A stretch of DNA of 63,591 bases, counting the filler, from an uncultured Planctomycetaceae bacterium (lineage in GTDB: Bacteria > Planctomycetota > Planctomycetia > Planctomycetales > Planctomycetaceae): the NCBI GenBank assembly GCA_963976765.1. It is 3 parts of 3 records of this genome, joined end to end, with 100 filler letters (N's around TTAATTAATTAA, not from the genome) between each part and the next. Parts side by side here need not be neighbours in the genome. Positions count along the whole stretch, not along the records: positions 1 to 25,979 come from CAXBME010000054.1; 2 more parts are not named here. One strand, given 5' to 3'. The translations under genes and the position numbers were made by a program. How positions within the stretch are numbered: position 1 is the stretch's first letter; each line of letters starts with the position of its first letter. The notes beneath the pieces were generated by a model, which did no database searches, had not been told where the DNA came from, and saw nothing but the letters and a program-made list of their open reading frames with translations. This document shows, piece after piece, positions 1-11,600 of the stretch.

Positions 1-937
1 GGCTCGTGTCACCGTCTGAAATTGGCAGACTACTCAAACCGGTGACTGATACCTCAGGTGTCGAAGCAGGAGAGTTGACTGTGCCTGTGATGCTGAAGTT
101 GTAGAAACTCTCGTTGCTGTCGTTGGTCGTGAAACTAATTTGCCCTGACTTCGTCCCCGCAGAGGCAGTGTTTAACTGAACACTGAACGTGTCGCTGCTT
201 CCAGCCGCAATAGAACTCGAAAGTGTATTCGTCACCGTGTATCCGGACGGCACCGTCAAGTTAGACGTTGTCAACGTTCCAGTTCCTGTGTTGGAAACAG
301 TAAACGTTCGAGTCAAGGTGCTACCACCAGCGGTCACGACCCCGAAATTCGTACCGTCACTTGACGACGGACTTGTGTCTCCATCAAAAATTGTCAAGCC
401 ACTCAGGCCAGCGACAGAAACCTCAGGAGTAGTTACCTGACCAACCTGAATGAGCTTGGTTGCAACGTTATTACTTTCATTCGATTCAGATACTCTGCCC
501 CTGGAATCGACGGTCAGAACAAGTCGATATTGGCCGTTTGAGAGTGTCGATGGAAGATTAAACCTATCTGCTTGTATGCGACTCTGGCCAGCAGCAAGAC
601 CTGGTATTCCAGCGAAACCAGAACCATCGCCAGCGAGCACTACTACTGTGTTGCCATTGAGATCTTCAAGACGTTGGGTGACATAAAAAACGGACGTAAC
701 GCTAGTGCTTCCTTGATTCCCCAATACGTGCTCGACATAGATTCGCTCTCCCGGTTGCACTTGCGATGGTGCTGTTAAGTAGGATCCCACTAAGTCCGGT
801 GTAAGCAGGGTTCTATTTTCGAGAATCTGTACTGATGGCTGACTTTGTGAGCAGCGAGTTGAACTTCGGCGGCGACGCGAGTCAGGGCTAAACAGCAGGC
901 GGCTTTGCAAACTTGTTTTCCAGTTTGATAGCAGCAT
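1..937 (-). CDS. Planctomycete extracellular protein (LEPR-XLL N-terminus, CARDB-like and choice-of-anchor D/ASH-like Ig domains); runs off the window start
   Basis: Not in the ORF track. Manual translation from ATG at 937 (RBS GAGGAG upstream) gives MLLSNWKTSLQSRLLF...VQILENRTLLTPDL..., then ...TVDSRGRVSESNESNN... (CARDB-like) and ...DGTNFG...TRTFTVSNTGTGTL...FTTNDSNE... The frame is open to position 2. Confidence 0.85.
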   Translation of the reverse strand, partial: MLLSNWKTSLQSRLLFSPDSRRRRSSTRCSQSQPSVQILENRTLLTPDLVGSYLTAPSQVQPGERIYVEHVLGNQGSTSVTSVFYVTQRLEDLNGNTVVVLAGDGSGFAGIPGLAAGQSRIQADRFNLPSTLSNGQYRLVLTVDSRGRVSESNESNNVATKLIQVGQVTTPEVSVAGLSGLTIFDGDTSPSSSDGTNFGVVTAGGSTLTRTFTVSNTGTGTLTTSNLTVPSGYTVTNTLSSSIAAGSSDTFSVQLNTASAGTKSGQISFTTNDSNESFYNFSITGTVNSPASTPEVSVTGLSSLPISDGDTS

Positions 938-1004
938 TTCTGTACTCCTCAGGGCGTCGGTGACTGAATTGGGGAAGGCGATCAGGGATCATCGCTTTGA
1001 AGTC

Positions 1005-1030
1005 AGACGTGCAGGCATTAAAGAATTAAG
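1005..1030 (-). promoter_or_regulatory. Candidate ECF-type promoter TTAA-N16-CGTCT
   Basis: Minus strand reads CTTAATTCTTTAATGCCTGCACGTCT, about 70 nt upstream of the ATG at 937; the same motif precedes three other genes. Confidence 0.5.
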
Positions 1031-1420
1031 TCTTGCAAAAGGAACTTTGTCGAATTCTTTTGAATGCGTTACGGCATGGTGCCACGCTGAAGGACGGCTG
1101 CTATTCAGCTCAACGAATCTCATAAAGAGTGGCCCGTAGATTCGGAATATCTCAGAAAGATGGGGCAACCTGGTTGCCTGCAAAGGTTGACCGCATCGCT
1201 GTAATTGCCAGCCAGTGTTCGAATATTTTGTTTACATGTCAAGTCAAACGGTTATCGTTTAACGCTTATTTCGCATTCTGATGAGACTCGTTTCTTGTCT
1301 GATTTTTACGGCGATCATTCGCCTGGACGAAAATCTTCTGAATCGTCGGGATTGAGAATGGTGGTGACATGGACGTGAATTTCAGGAGTCAACGACCGCA
1401 GTTGATTCAGCGTTCCAGTG

Positions 1421-4400
1421 TCAGTTGGCTGAACCGGCAGACACAAACGGCGACCAGAACCAGGGCGACTGCCAGCGGGCATCCAGAAGAAGTCTGAGGC
1501 GAGCTGCATGGAGTGGAGACGCAGGCAAGTCCAGCTGCTTTGCGGGCTGACTGTCAATCAGCATCGAATAGAAAGTCTTCATCAGTTCGGCGGTTGATTC
1601 GTCGTCGACGTTCCAGTGGCTGGCGATGACGTTTCGGGCTCCGGCTGACAGGAATACATGAGCCAGACTGGTGCCTGCTTCCATTGGACGACGTGGACCA
1701 TCAAACGTTCGACACGCACTGAGCACAACCAGCCGACAGCGCGACAGATCGAGTTCAGCGATCTCGTTGTAGGTGAGAAAGCCGTCATTGGCATCTGAAA
1801 TCTTAAGTGGCTGGTCGGATGCGTGGTTTGGGTTCGAGGCCGAATTCTGCGCAGGCGAGCTGAGTGCGATCGCACCAAACAGATTGCCAGAAGTCTCATC
1901 GACCAGGCCGTGGGCGGCGAGGTGGACGAACTGTGCGGTGACGAGATTCTCGCGGGTGGCCTGCTCCGTTGCTTTGTCGTCGAGCAGCATCTTTGGAGTT
2001 AATACGCCGCCAGCGACCGACGACAGAATCGAACGGCATTCGTTCTCCGTTCCTGGCAACGCAGTCAGTTGCAGTGAGTTCTCCGGGTAAGTCGGGTTTC
2101 CCACCAGCAATAGTTCGAGCGGGGCGTTTGCGTCGGAAGCAGTCTCGGCGACTGTGTTCCCGGCCTGAGCCTTAGGCAGGCTGAGGGACGTTTCCTGGCG
2201 ATCGTGCAGTTCAGCAAGCAGCGATGCCGACGCCGAATAAATCATGGCTGGCAGAGCTTCCAGAGCATAGGCGTATCTTCTGGTCTTTGGCTGTTTATTG
2301 ACTGATTGTTGCTGTCCGTCTTTCAGATGATGCACAACCAGGGCTTCGAGTGGCAGACGGTGCAGCGGCCCATCGGGAATGATGATCAGTGAATCTGGAT
2401 TTCGTTCGGCGACCCATGCTCGCAGTTCCACAGGCAGCACTGCTTCCGAAAATCCCGTCACGTGTTCGAAAGTGACATCATCCACGCCAGCAACCCATGT
2501 GGCTTCACCCTTGTCAGTCGGTCGTGTCAGGAAAGCCTTACGCTGCTCGATTTGAAGCCGATACCACTCGACATACCTCGCACACTTGTGGGTGTTGAAT
2601 TCACTGTTTATCGAAGCTGTTTCGGAAAGCTGATCGCCGGTAACGGTGGTCGTTCGCTCAATGCCGCGTACTCCGGACTTCGAATCTTTCGGGACCAGCA
2701 TGTCGACCCACTGCGGCAGAGCGGTGTTGATCTTCAGTCGAAAACTGCGAGTGTCGTCAGCACTCCGTCCGATGGCCATTACATGGCTTGAATCGCGTCC
2801 GACGAGCCACACCAGGGCAATCTGATTCTCGCCGATCAATGAACGAAACCGGTCCAGATCGATCGGTAGTGCGGCGTTTCTGAGGAGTTCGCGGCAGGCG
2901 GAATTGCGACTGCGCAGCTCGGTGACGACCTCGTGGTACCTGTTGGTGAAGTCGGTGAGCAGTGCCTCGTTTGCAGTCCGGTCGGCTTCAGACTTTTCAC
3001 CAGCAGAACCAGCATATAACTGCTGCCGAACGTTCGAAATTTTGGCGCGAAGCTGTTCCTCGTCGTCAAGCAGTTGTTGAACTTCGGCAACGGAGTGTCC
3101 CTCGCTGTCGAGAGCGATCTGGTGGAGGCTGACGCCTCTGGCCCGGAAGTCGTCGAGCAGTGTTCGGCTGCGTCGGCGTTCCACGAGTGCGAAAGCGTCT
3201 GCCAGATTTCCGTCTTCGATTGCCCAGTCAATCGCCTTGTCGTAGGCACTACCGAATCTGACCAGAAACTGCGCCCGCTCTTCTGCAGCTCCTGAAGTTT
3301 CCTGACGTGGTAGTTCCAGTATCGCCAGTGCCCGTGCGAGTGTGCGATTTGCTTCGACGCGGAGGTTCTGTCGACGCTGCAATTCTGCCTGGTTTGCGAG
3401 AACGTTGTGCAGCTCGATGGTGGAAGCATCCATCTGGTCGAGCAACTGGCGTGCTTTTGTCAGAAACTCTTCAGCCTCCAGATTCCGATTGTCAGCCAGA
3501 GCGATGACAGCCCGGCGGTTCAGAATTCGGGCGACAGGCAATGGCTGCTGGTGAGCCTCGTAGATCGCTTGAGCAGTTTGCCAGTGGAACTCTGCGGTCG
3601 GAGCGGCACCGCCGAGGTCGCAGGCGCTGGCCAACATCGCGTGCACCGAAGCGGTCAGCAGTGGCTGCGTCTGGTTCTTCTGCCGCTGGATAATCTCCAG
3701 GGCTTCTCTGGCCTTTTCGTAGGCGAGTGGGAACTGTCCTGTTTCCCGATAAATGGCGGCCAGGCTTTTCAGAAATGGGATGGCTCCAGGTGAGTGAGGA
3801 TCGGACCAGGTGCCATACTCTTCCATTGCCTGACGAGCAAATTCCAGTGCTCGTTCATACTGCCCCTGACTGCGATAAGCGTTGGCGAGATTCAGTAACG
3901 TGGTCGTCTTCAAGCTGGCGGCTCGGTTCCCCAGTCCATCACAGACTCGCAACACCTGTTCGTACTGCTGAACCGCGTCGATGTAGCGGCCCTGGTCAAG
4001 TAGAGAGCCTGCATGATTGCTGTAGGCAATTGCGAGAACTGGATCGGCTGACTGACCCTTCAGTCGATTTCGCTGCAACTGAAGCGCTTCATTAAACAGC
4101 TCTCTGGCTCGAGTTGCGTTCCCGAGAGCCTTTTCGACAGCACCCAGATTACTCAACGTTCTCGCCAGGACGGCATCGTCCGATGGTTGACGCTCTCTCC
4201 AGAAACGAACAACCGATTCCAGCAGCGGACGTGCGTCAGCATGGTGACCACCGGTTGCCATTGTGGTGGCGAGTGCTGCTCGGGCTTCCATCGTAAGCGG
4301 CTGATTCTCACCGACACTCCTGAGCCGGTAGTCGAGCAATCGCTGAGCGACAGATCGCGCCCGGTCGTATTGCTCAAGCCGTCGGTAGATTCCTGCGAGC

Positions 4401-5593
4401 TGAATCAGCAGTCCTGGTAACGCAGCCTCGCGATCCACCTCTAATTCCGTGATACACGATTCGTAGACCGCAGCCGATTTCGTCCAGTACGTCGCAGCTT
4501 CCTCGTGTCGTTGCTGAGTGTTCAGACACATCGCGAGGTTGGAAAGAATCTGAGATTTCGCAAGCCGCTGATCAAGATTTGTTCCGCCAGCCAGAGGCAA
4601 CGCACGATGCAGATAACGTTCGGCGTTTTCAAAGTCCCGACGCAGGATACTCAGCAAAGCCATACGGGAAAAAAAACTGCGTTGTCCGGCCTCATCCTTT
4701 CGGATTGAAAATTTCGCCAGCAGATAATCAGCGGCCTGGTGGTCGCCGCTCGGACTCAGCGCATCACCTGAAGCAACAAGCAGCGCATGAGTCGGTTCCC
4801 ACAGGTCGGCCAGCCTGCCGCGTGACCCGGCGATTCGAGCCAGCATGCGAGTCGCTTCAGCACCGACTTCCCGCCAGCGTGAATCGATCTGGTCGTCGTT
4901 GCCGGTCTGTTCGGAGATGACAGCCTGCATAGCGACACAGAAAATCCGTTGCACATCTTTAAGAGGCCCGTACACGTCAGAGTCCTGCGTGAGTTCTTCG
5001 AGCATCGCGGAAGCACGCTGATAATCCGAAAGCGCGATCAAGTCTGTGATGATACCTATGGCGCTCTTCTGCCGAATCAGTTGAAGCAAGGGATTGTCTC
5101 GCTTCAGCAGGTCTTCGTGATCTCTCAACGCGTAGTTGAGTGCTTCAGCATGTTCGCCCTGTCGGCGAAGAACTCGAGCCAGGGCATACAGCGATTTCTG
5201 CCGCAGCGTTCGAGCCTGCTCCAGAAGCCTTTCGTCAGAGCCATCGCTGGGCATCCTTGCCAAAGCATCGTCAAGCAGTTCCAGGGCTACCCGATAGCGA
5301 TCAACAGCCTCCGGAACACGACTTTGCATGAAAGCCGCCTCTGCTCGGCGAACGATGCTGTCCGCTCTTGAAACTGACTGCGCGGTGGACCGGTTGACAG
5401 CTGCGTTGTCGACCGACGTTGGTGTCCCTGAATCACGAGCCTGGCATTCGGCCATCGTCATCCCGCAGACAAAGAGCAGCATACAAAATAATGGTGTCAG
5501 GGCCGGAGCAATTGCGACAGTTTCTCGGTCACAGAAAGTTGTCACGCCGCGACTCCCTTTGCCAATTGAGCCCTGCCGTTTCCATCGAGCCAT
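1421..5593 (-). CDS. TPR-repeat CHAT-domain (caspase HetF-associated) protease, probably exported
   Basis: Hydrophobic N-terminal segment (PLFCMLLFVCGMTMA), a long TPR array, and CHAT motifs IIIPDGPLHRLPLEAL, VHLAAHG (His), LVVLSAC (Cys), ASHWNVDD and PWFWSPF. Confidence 0.93.
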   Translation of the reverse strand: MARWKRQGSIGKGSRGVTTFCDRETVAIAPALTPLFCMLLFVCGMTMAECQARDSGTPTSVDNAAVNRSTAQSVSRADSIVRRAEAAFMQSRVPEAVDRYRVALELLDDALARMPSDGSDERLLEQARTLRQKSLYALARVLRRQGEHAEALNYALRDHEDLLKRDNPLLQLIRQKSAIGIITDLIALSDYQRASAMLEELTQDSDVYGPLKDVQRIFCVAMQAVISEQTGNDDQIDSRWREVGAEATRMLARIAGSRGRLADLWEPTHALLVASGDALSPSGDHQAADYLLAKFSIRKDEAGQRSFFSRMALLSILRRDFENAERYLHRALPLAGGTNLDQRLAKSQILSNLAMCLNTQQRHEEAATYWTKSAAVYESCITELEVDREAALPGLLIQLAGIYRRLEQYDRARSVAQRLLDYRLRSVGENQPLTMEARAALATTMATGGHHADARPLLESVVRFWRERQPSDDAVLARTLSNLGAVEKALGNATRARELFNEALQLQRNRLKGQSADPVLAIAYSNHAGSLLDQGRYIDAVQQYEQVLRVCDGLGNRAASLKTTTLLNLANAYRSQGQYERALEFARQAMEEYGTWSDPHSPGAIPFLKSLAAIYRETGQFPLAYEKAREALEIIQRQKNQTQPLLTASVHAMLASACDLGGAAPTAEFHWQTAQAIYEAHQQPLPVARILNRRAVIALADNRNLEAEEFLTKARQLLDQMDASTIELHNVLANQAELQRRQNLRVEANRTLARALAILELPRQETSGAAEERAQFLVRFGSAYDKAIDWAIEDGNLADAFALVERRRSRTLLDDFRARGVSLHQIALDSEGHSVAEVQQLLDDEEQLRAKISNVRQQLYAGSAGEKSEADRTANEALLTDFTNRYHEVVTELRSRNSACRELLRNAALPIDLDRFRSLIGENQIALVWLVGRDSSHVMAIGRSADDTRSFRLKINTALPQWVDMLVPKDSKSGVRGIERTTTVTGDQLSETASINSEFNTHKCARYVEWYRLQIEQRKAFLTRPTDKGEATWVAGVDDVTFEHVTGFSEAVLPVELRAWVAERNPDSLIIIPDGPLHRLPLEALVVHHLKDGQQQSVNKQPKTRRYAYALEALPAMIYSASASLLAELHDRQETSLSLPKAQAGNTVAETASDANAPLELLLVGNPTYPENSLQLTALPGTENECRSILSSVAGGVLTPKMLLDDKATEQATRENLVTAQFVHLAAHGLVDETSGNLFGAIALSSPAQNSASNPNHASDQPLKISDANDGFLTYNEIAELDLSRCRLVVLSACRTFDGPRRPMEAGTSLAHVFLSAGARNVIASHWNVDDESTAELMKTFYSMLIDSQPAKQLDLPASPLHAARLRLLLDARWQSPWFWSPFVSAGSAN

Positions 5594-5674
5594 CAGCTCA
5601 GTGGGAACTGCAACGTAGTTCCAGGTTCAGGACTTGATGTGAAACAGGTCGGTAAAGCAGATCCTGGCGGACTC

Positions 5675-8600
5675 TTACCAAGTGTCGAAGCTATCGTGAC
5701 GCCGGTGTTGAGATGTCACCTGTCCGTTGTCAGATCCCCGCTGAGTACGATTCAGGTAGTGCCCGATCAAGGCAACGGTTGTCAAAACAGTGCCTGTCGC
5801 GTTGCTGTCGCGTGCTGATTCAAACTCGGCGGCATCGTCAGTATTGACTGCCAACTGCTGGCGATTGAACAGTCTGAAGCGATGGCCTGAATGGTCTGCG
5901 CTCAATGCAGGTCGACTCGTATTTTCACCTAAGCCTCCCGACCGTTGCTTGCCGCACCGTTCTCGAACCAGCCCCTCGTCAAATAACCGTTCCGCGAAAA
6001 AAGACCGGGATGCGACGTCTGCAAAAGCACCGTCAATTCGCTGGTAATCAAATCCGGTTGCGGCAGCCAGCTTCCTCGCGTTGCGACCAGAAACCTGTCG
6101 CCACACAGCATGCTCTGTGGCAGGAAAGGATGGATCATACTGCGAAGTGGACCGCGACGCGGAAGCGGAGTCTGCGGATTTTTCTGGATCGTTGCCGTCA
6201 GTGGCTGCTGGCTGGTCACTCGATTTGGATTCAGGCTGACTGGCTGGAGCGTCCAGGTCTCCGGCACCGTCCACATCAGCGGCGGCTGGCTTGTCATCGA
6301 CGGTTCCGGAAGTAGACAGCAACGGGCTGACCAGTATCCCCAGAATGGGAAATGGTGTAACGATGGTGGTTTGAAGAAGCGAGCGAATCAGGTTGCTGGC
6401 TGGCTCGATTCCACGAGGTTGAAAGACCTCTGCAATACCTCTGTCGGTGAGCAAGGGGGAAATGAAGGAATACAGTGCGTCGTTCGCTCGTTGGAGCCAC
6501 CGCCCGAACCCTGGCGCACGCCCGTCTAGTGAATTTCTGGTTAACGCTGAAGTTTGCTGCCAGCCGCTCGGATTCAGGCTCGCGAGCAGAAGGTTTGTCA
6601 ACGCGGCTAAGGTTGACTGAATCTGACTGCCTGTGCCTCCGAATCCGTCGGTCACCAGTGATGAGGATGACAATGAGTCCTGTGGGAAAGGAAAGCTCGA
6701 ATTGCGACGCTGCCCGATTTGAAAAACAGAAGCGACATCTTCGCCTTCTTCTGTCACAAAGAGGTTCAATACTCCATTGATTTCGGCAATATCCATAGCC
6801 GCCGGATGGGCGAGGGACGGTGCAGACAACAGGTCAGAAAAGACGAATCCGATGTCCCCTCCGGCAAACAGGACGATACTCCCATTGCCGCTGTTGGCGA
6901 CAATCAAGTCAAGAATGCCATCGAAGTTGAAATCTGTCGGCAAAGCAAATGACGGTTCGTCTCCTCGGGAACTGAAGCTGGTGATACCGGCCCCCGTCTG
7001 GAAAGCGTTTTCCAGATTGGAAATGAAAGTGAAGGTATCGTTCAGAGGGTTAGTCGCCACGAAACTGTTACCGATAAGTTGACCGCCCTGGCTCGATGTC
7101 TGCCCGATTGAAATTGTAGACGCCGCCTGATCATTAAAGATCGATCCGCCAAGTCCCTGCACTGCCGGTAACATCGACACCGTGCCGGCGTCCGCATTGG
7201 TGACAATTAAACTGGTGACCGCGCCGGTCGTCCTATCGACCATGACGTCTGCTGAGACCGGACCAGTTCCGACCGCCAGCCGGCGACCAGAATCAAAGCC
7301 CGTGTCTGTTGCCGAAGTTCCCACGAAGATGGTGACGTCATTCGAACCTCGATTAGCAACAACCAGATCATTGAGTCCGTCAGCATTTACGTCGTTAATG
7401 GTGATTCCCGTAGGGTTCGTACCGGAGAACAGAACAATCGGCTCGGTTGCAAACGTCTGAGCGGACAGTCTGGGGAAAAGAAAGACCTGATTACCGCCTG
7501 TATTGGCAACGATCAGGTCATCGAGTCCGTCGCCGTTAATGTCGCCCAGTTCAACCGCTCCCGGTGCGGCGAACGGTGCGTTGCTGTCGGAAAGAACTGT
7601 GTCGGCCCCGGCGCCTGCTCCAAAATCGATATTCACACGGTCAAAGGCGGAGTTCGCTGTGATCACATCGAGCTTTCCATCGCCATCAAGATCCCGGACG
7701 GCAATTGGAACGGTCGACTGAGTTCGGAAAAAATCGCCGAATTCGCCACCAGTAAGTCCGGGGAAAATAATCAGATCGCCTGTGGACGTATTGACGAACA
7801 GGTCGTCCACACCGTCAGCGTTCCTGTCAGCCAGGGAGATTCCTGCGACGCTGGCCCCCGTTGACAGTGCCTGTTCCACACTAAGCGACGAGCCATCGTC
7901 GAGTCTCATGATGGTGATTACGCTCGCACCTGGGGCCGTAGCAATGATCTGGTCGACCTGTCCGTCGCCCGTCACGTCACGGGAAAGCAGTAGACCGCCA
8001 AAGATGGAACCGTCAAAATCCGTCATCGGCGACGCGACAATCGAAGGGGCTGCAAATGAGCCGTTTCCGGTGCCTTTCAGGAGTCGGAACGAACGCTCGC
8101 CTTGATTGACGACGAGAAGGTCGATCAAACCGTCTCCGTCAAAATCTCCCGAATCCTGGCCAACAGGTCGAGTCAGTGATCCAAGCTGCTGACTGCTCGG
8201 GTTCAGCACAACGGGGCCCGCTGACGTTGGATAAACGAGTGGTGTCGTGAAGTTCCCGCTTCCGTCATTCACGAATAGATGAGTAACTGCGGAATTTCGC
8301 GAAGTCACGACAATGTCGAGGCCACCAATACCGTCCAGGTCAACCAGATCGACAGCAGCCGGAACTTCGCCCACGTTAATCCGTTCCGGAGTTGCAAATC
8401 CTCCAGCACCGTCGTTGCGAAGAAGAACGATCTGACTGTCAAGAGGCAGAACGCCAACAACATCGTCGAGCCCATCTCCTGTTAAATCGGCCACAGCTAA
8501 CACCGAAACAAAGCCGGGCAGGTCAGTTTGCTGTCGGACTTCCGGTCGCCCGTCTTCATCGAAGCCGTGCAGTGTCAGATCGTGACCATCGCGACTGACG

Positions 8601-11600
8601 GCCGCGACAAGCGTTTCCTGATCGCTTCGGAATGTCGTAATCGATCGAGCAGACGAATTCGCATTCAGTACGAACGGAGCAGCCAACAGCCCATCGGCAT
8701 TGCTGCGACCGGCCCGGACGAGAATCTGACCGTTCTGATCGATCGACAGCACATCATCGTGACCGTCCGCATTCACGTCAGCAGTGAGCGGGCCGGTCTG
8801 ATCGACCAGGTTGGCGAGCTGATCTGCTGGAACGAAGGAGCCATCGCCTACACCGAGCAGTACCGAAACGTCGTCGGAGTTTAGATTGGCAACCGCCAGA
8901 TCAAGAAATCCGTCGCCGTTGAGATCGGCTGTCTGGAGCGACTCAGGCTGAAGCGCGGCCGTCAGCGGGATCGTGACTGGTGTGGAAAACGAAAGGTCGC
9001 CGCCACCTAGCAAAACCCCCACCAGATTCTCGGTCGACCCGGCAACGGCCAGATCCACGTTTCCATCCCTGTTGAAGTCGCCACTAACGAGATCTGTCGG
9101 CCCCTGCGGCACGGTAACGGTTGTTGCGGTAAACTGCCGTGGAGAATTCACGGATGCAGACAGTATCGAAATCGTGTTATTGGTTCCGAAGAAATCTCCG
9201 CGGGCGCCGAGATTGACTGTGACCAGTTCTGGTGAACCGTCCAGATTCAGGTCGACGGCGATCAGTTCCTTTGGGCCGTTCCCAACGTGTTCAATCTGCG
9301 GAGTTTCAAAAGTGCCATCGCCACTTCCCCAATACACAAACACGCGGTTATCGGCAGCCCCGGCCTGGCCGAATGGTCCGAAGGATTCGCCACGATTCGT
9401 GACTGCCAGATCGATGTTGCCGTCCAGATCGATGTCTTGGGCAACTACGGATGAAGGTCCGATGCCTGCCTCAATGGAAATTGCTGATCTGAAAGTACCA
9501 TCACCATTTCCGATCAATACCGAAAGTGTTCCGTTTTCCGACGTCTCGCCGTCCGGAAATTCGTTCGCCGTTACTGCATCAAGAATCGAATCTCCATTGA
9601 AATCAGCCAGAGCGATTGAAATGGCATTCATGCCGACGTCGAAGCTACCGGCCAGTTGGAAACGGTTGTCGCCAAGTCCAAGATGAACGGTGACCACACC
9701 AGGAATCGTGGCACGCGCATTTGCTCGAGCATCAAGAAGTCCGAAATCACGACCGTTTACGGATACCAGGTCCAGTCGTCCGTCGCGATTCACATCGGCT
9801 ACAACGATGGATCGGGCTTTAACGTTAAGTTGAGTGACTGCTTCGAAGTCACCGTTTCCGAGTCCAGTCAGTACCGAAATACTGCCATCATTTGCGGTGC
9901 TGCTCTGGTTTGCCGAGATAATCTCCGGTCGACCATCATTGTTGAGATCGGCGATCTGAATCGTCGTGGGAGCGTCATCCGCAAGTACGCGATCCGGTGA
10001 AGCTGACTGAAAGACCCCATTACCTCGATTGAGAATGAGCGAGATACTACCGTCACCTCCGCCCGGAAACTGCACGAGGTCACCACGATTGGCGACCGCA
10101 ATGTCGAGCAGACCATCTGAGTTCCAGTCACCCGCAACCAGCATCACCGGATCAAACTCAACGGGAATTCGAGTTTCCGGTCCGAAGAGATCGCCACCAT
10201 CGCTTGTGCCGACTCGGATCGAAACGTCGTTACTGAATCGGTTAACTGTCACCAGATCCAGAATGCCGTCGCCGGTCAGGTCTTCCAGTAAAGCCATTTC
10301 CGCATCTTCACCCATGGGTACTTCGATTCCAGTCTGGAACGTTCCGTTCCCATTGCCGAGCAACACTTCGACGTAGTTGAATTCGTTTGTCGTAATCAGA
10401 TCGAGGAAACCGTCACGGTTCACGTCGCCATGTCGTACTGACTGCGTCCGGGAGAAGCTGTCGACCTGAGCATCCGGGCCGGCAGTGAATCCCCCTGCGC
10501 CATTCCCCAACAGAACTGACAGAGAGTCCGTCTGCCGATTTGCAACGACCAGATCAACATTCCCGTCGCGATTGAAGTCCGCAGCCGTCAGCGATTCAGG
10601 TTCTGTCCCGACGTTGACTCGAAACTCGCTTTGAAAGGTGCCGTCACCGCGACCGATCAAAATCGAAATGTCGTCACTCTCGAAGTTGGCTGTGGCGAGG
10701 TCGAGTACACCGTCGCCATCAAAGTCCATTGCAGTTAGTTCGCGTGGTGCTTCCCCGACACGAATGCGGTATTCCGGCTGAAACGTCCCGTTTCCAACTC
10801 CGAGGAAGACCGACACGGTACTGTTGAATGCTGAGAAGTCCTGTCCGCCATTGGCTGAAACCAGATCAAGGATGCCGTCATTGTTCAGATCGAAAGTGGC
10901 CAGGAAACGCGGTCCGGAGTCGACCGTCATGGAGTATGCATCTCTGAACGAACCATCTCCCTCGCCGATCAACACCGAGATCCGCGCGCGTCGAACGTCC
11001 GCCGTGGCCAGGTCGATGATGCCGTCTCGATTGAAGTCACCAGCAATGATAGATTCGCGTTCGAAGCCGCGAGTCGGCAGCGCCGGAGTGATGGCTGAGG
11101 TGGGAGGCTCGGCAGGCGAGAAGGCGGAAGTAAGCCCGTACCCGCCAGTTGTGCCGTTTTCTGCCACGACTTCGACTCGATAAGTCCCGGCGGGAAGATG
11201 CACATCAACGCTGGCCGCGGAGCTGTCCCCGCGGGATCCGTTGCTGACCAGAATGGGCGTTCCATCCTCCGTCAGCAATCGAAGTCGCAGGTCGAGAGCA
11301 ACAGAAGCTGATGAAGCGTGGACCTGCAGTCTGCCACCCTCATTGAGTGTCAGTTCGTAGAGGTCGACATCATTCGCAGTCAAGCCCCCACTAGTTGCGG
11401 TCGTGGGAGCAATGGGCGTCGCGGTAGCAGAAGTGTCATTCGGCTCACTATCAAACACAGAAGTGAACCGAACCGCAAAATTAGCCGACTCGGTTGCCGT
11501 TCCCGCTGTCGTGGTGACAAACAGGCGATTGTCGGCTGGCGAAACCAGTGGCTGGTTTCCGGCCATCGATAACTGGTTTCCGGCGATTGAAAGCTGATGC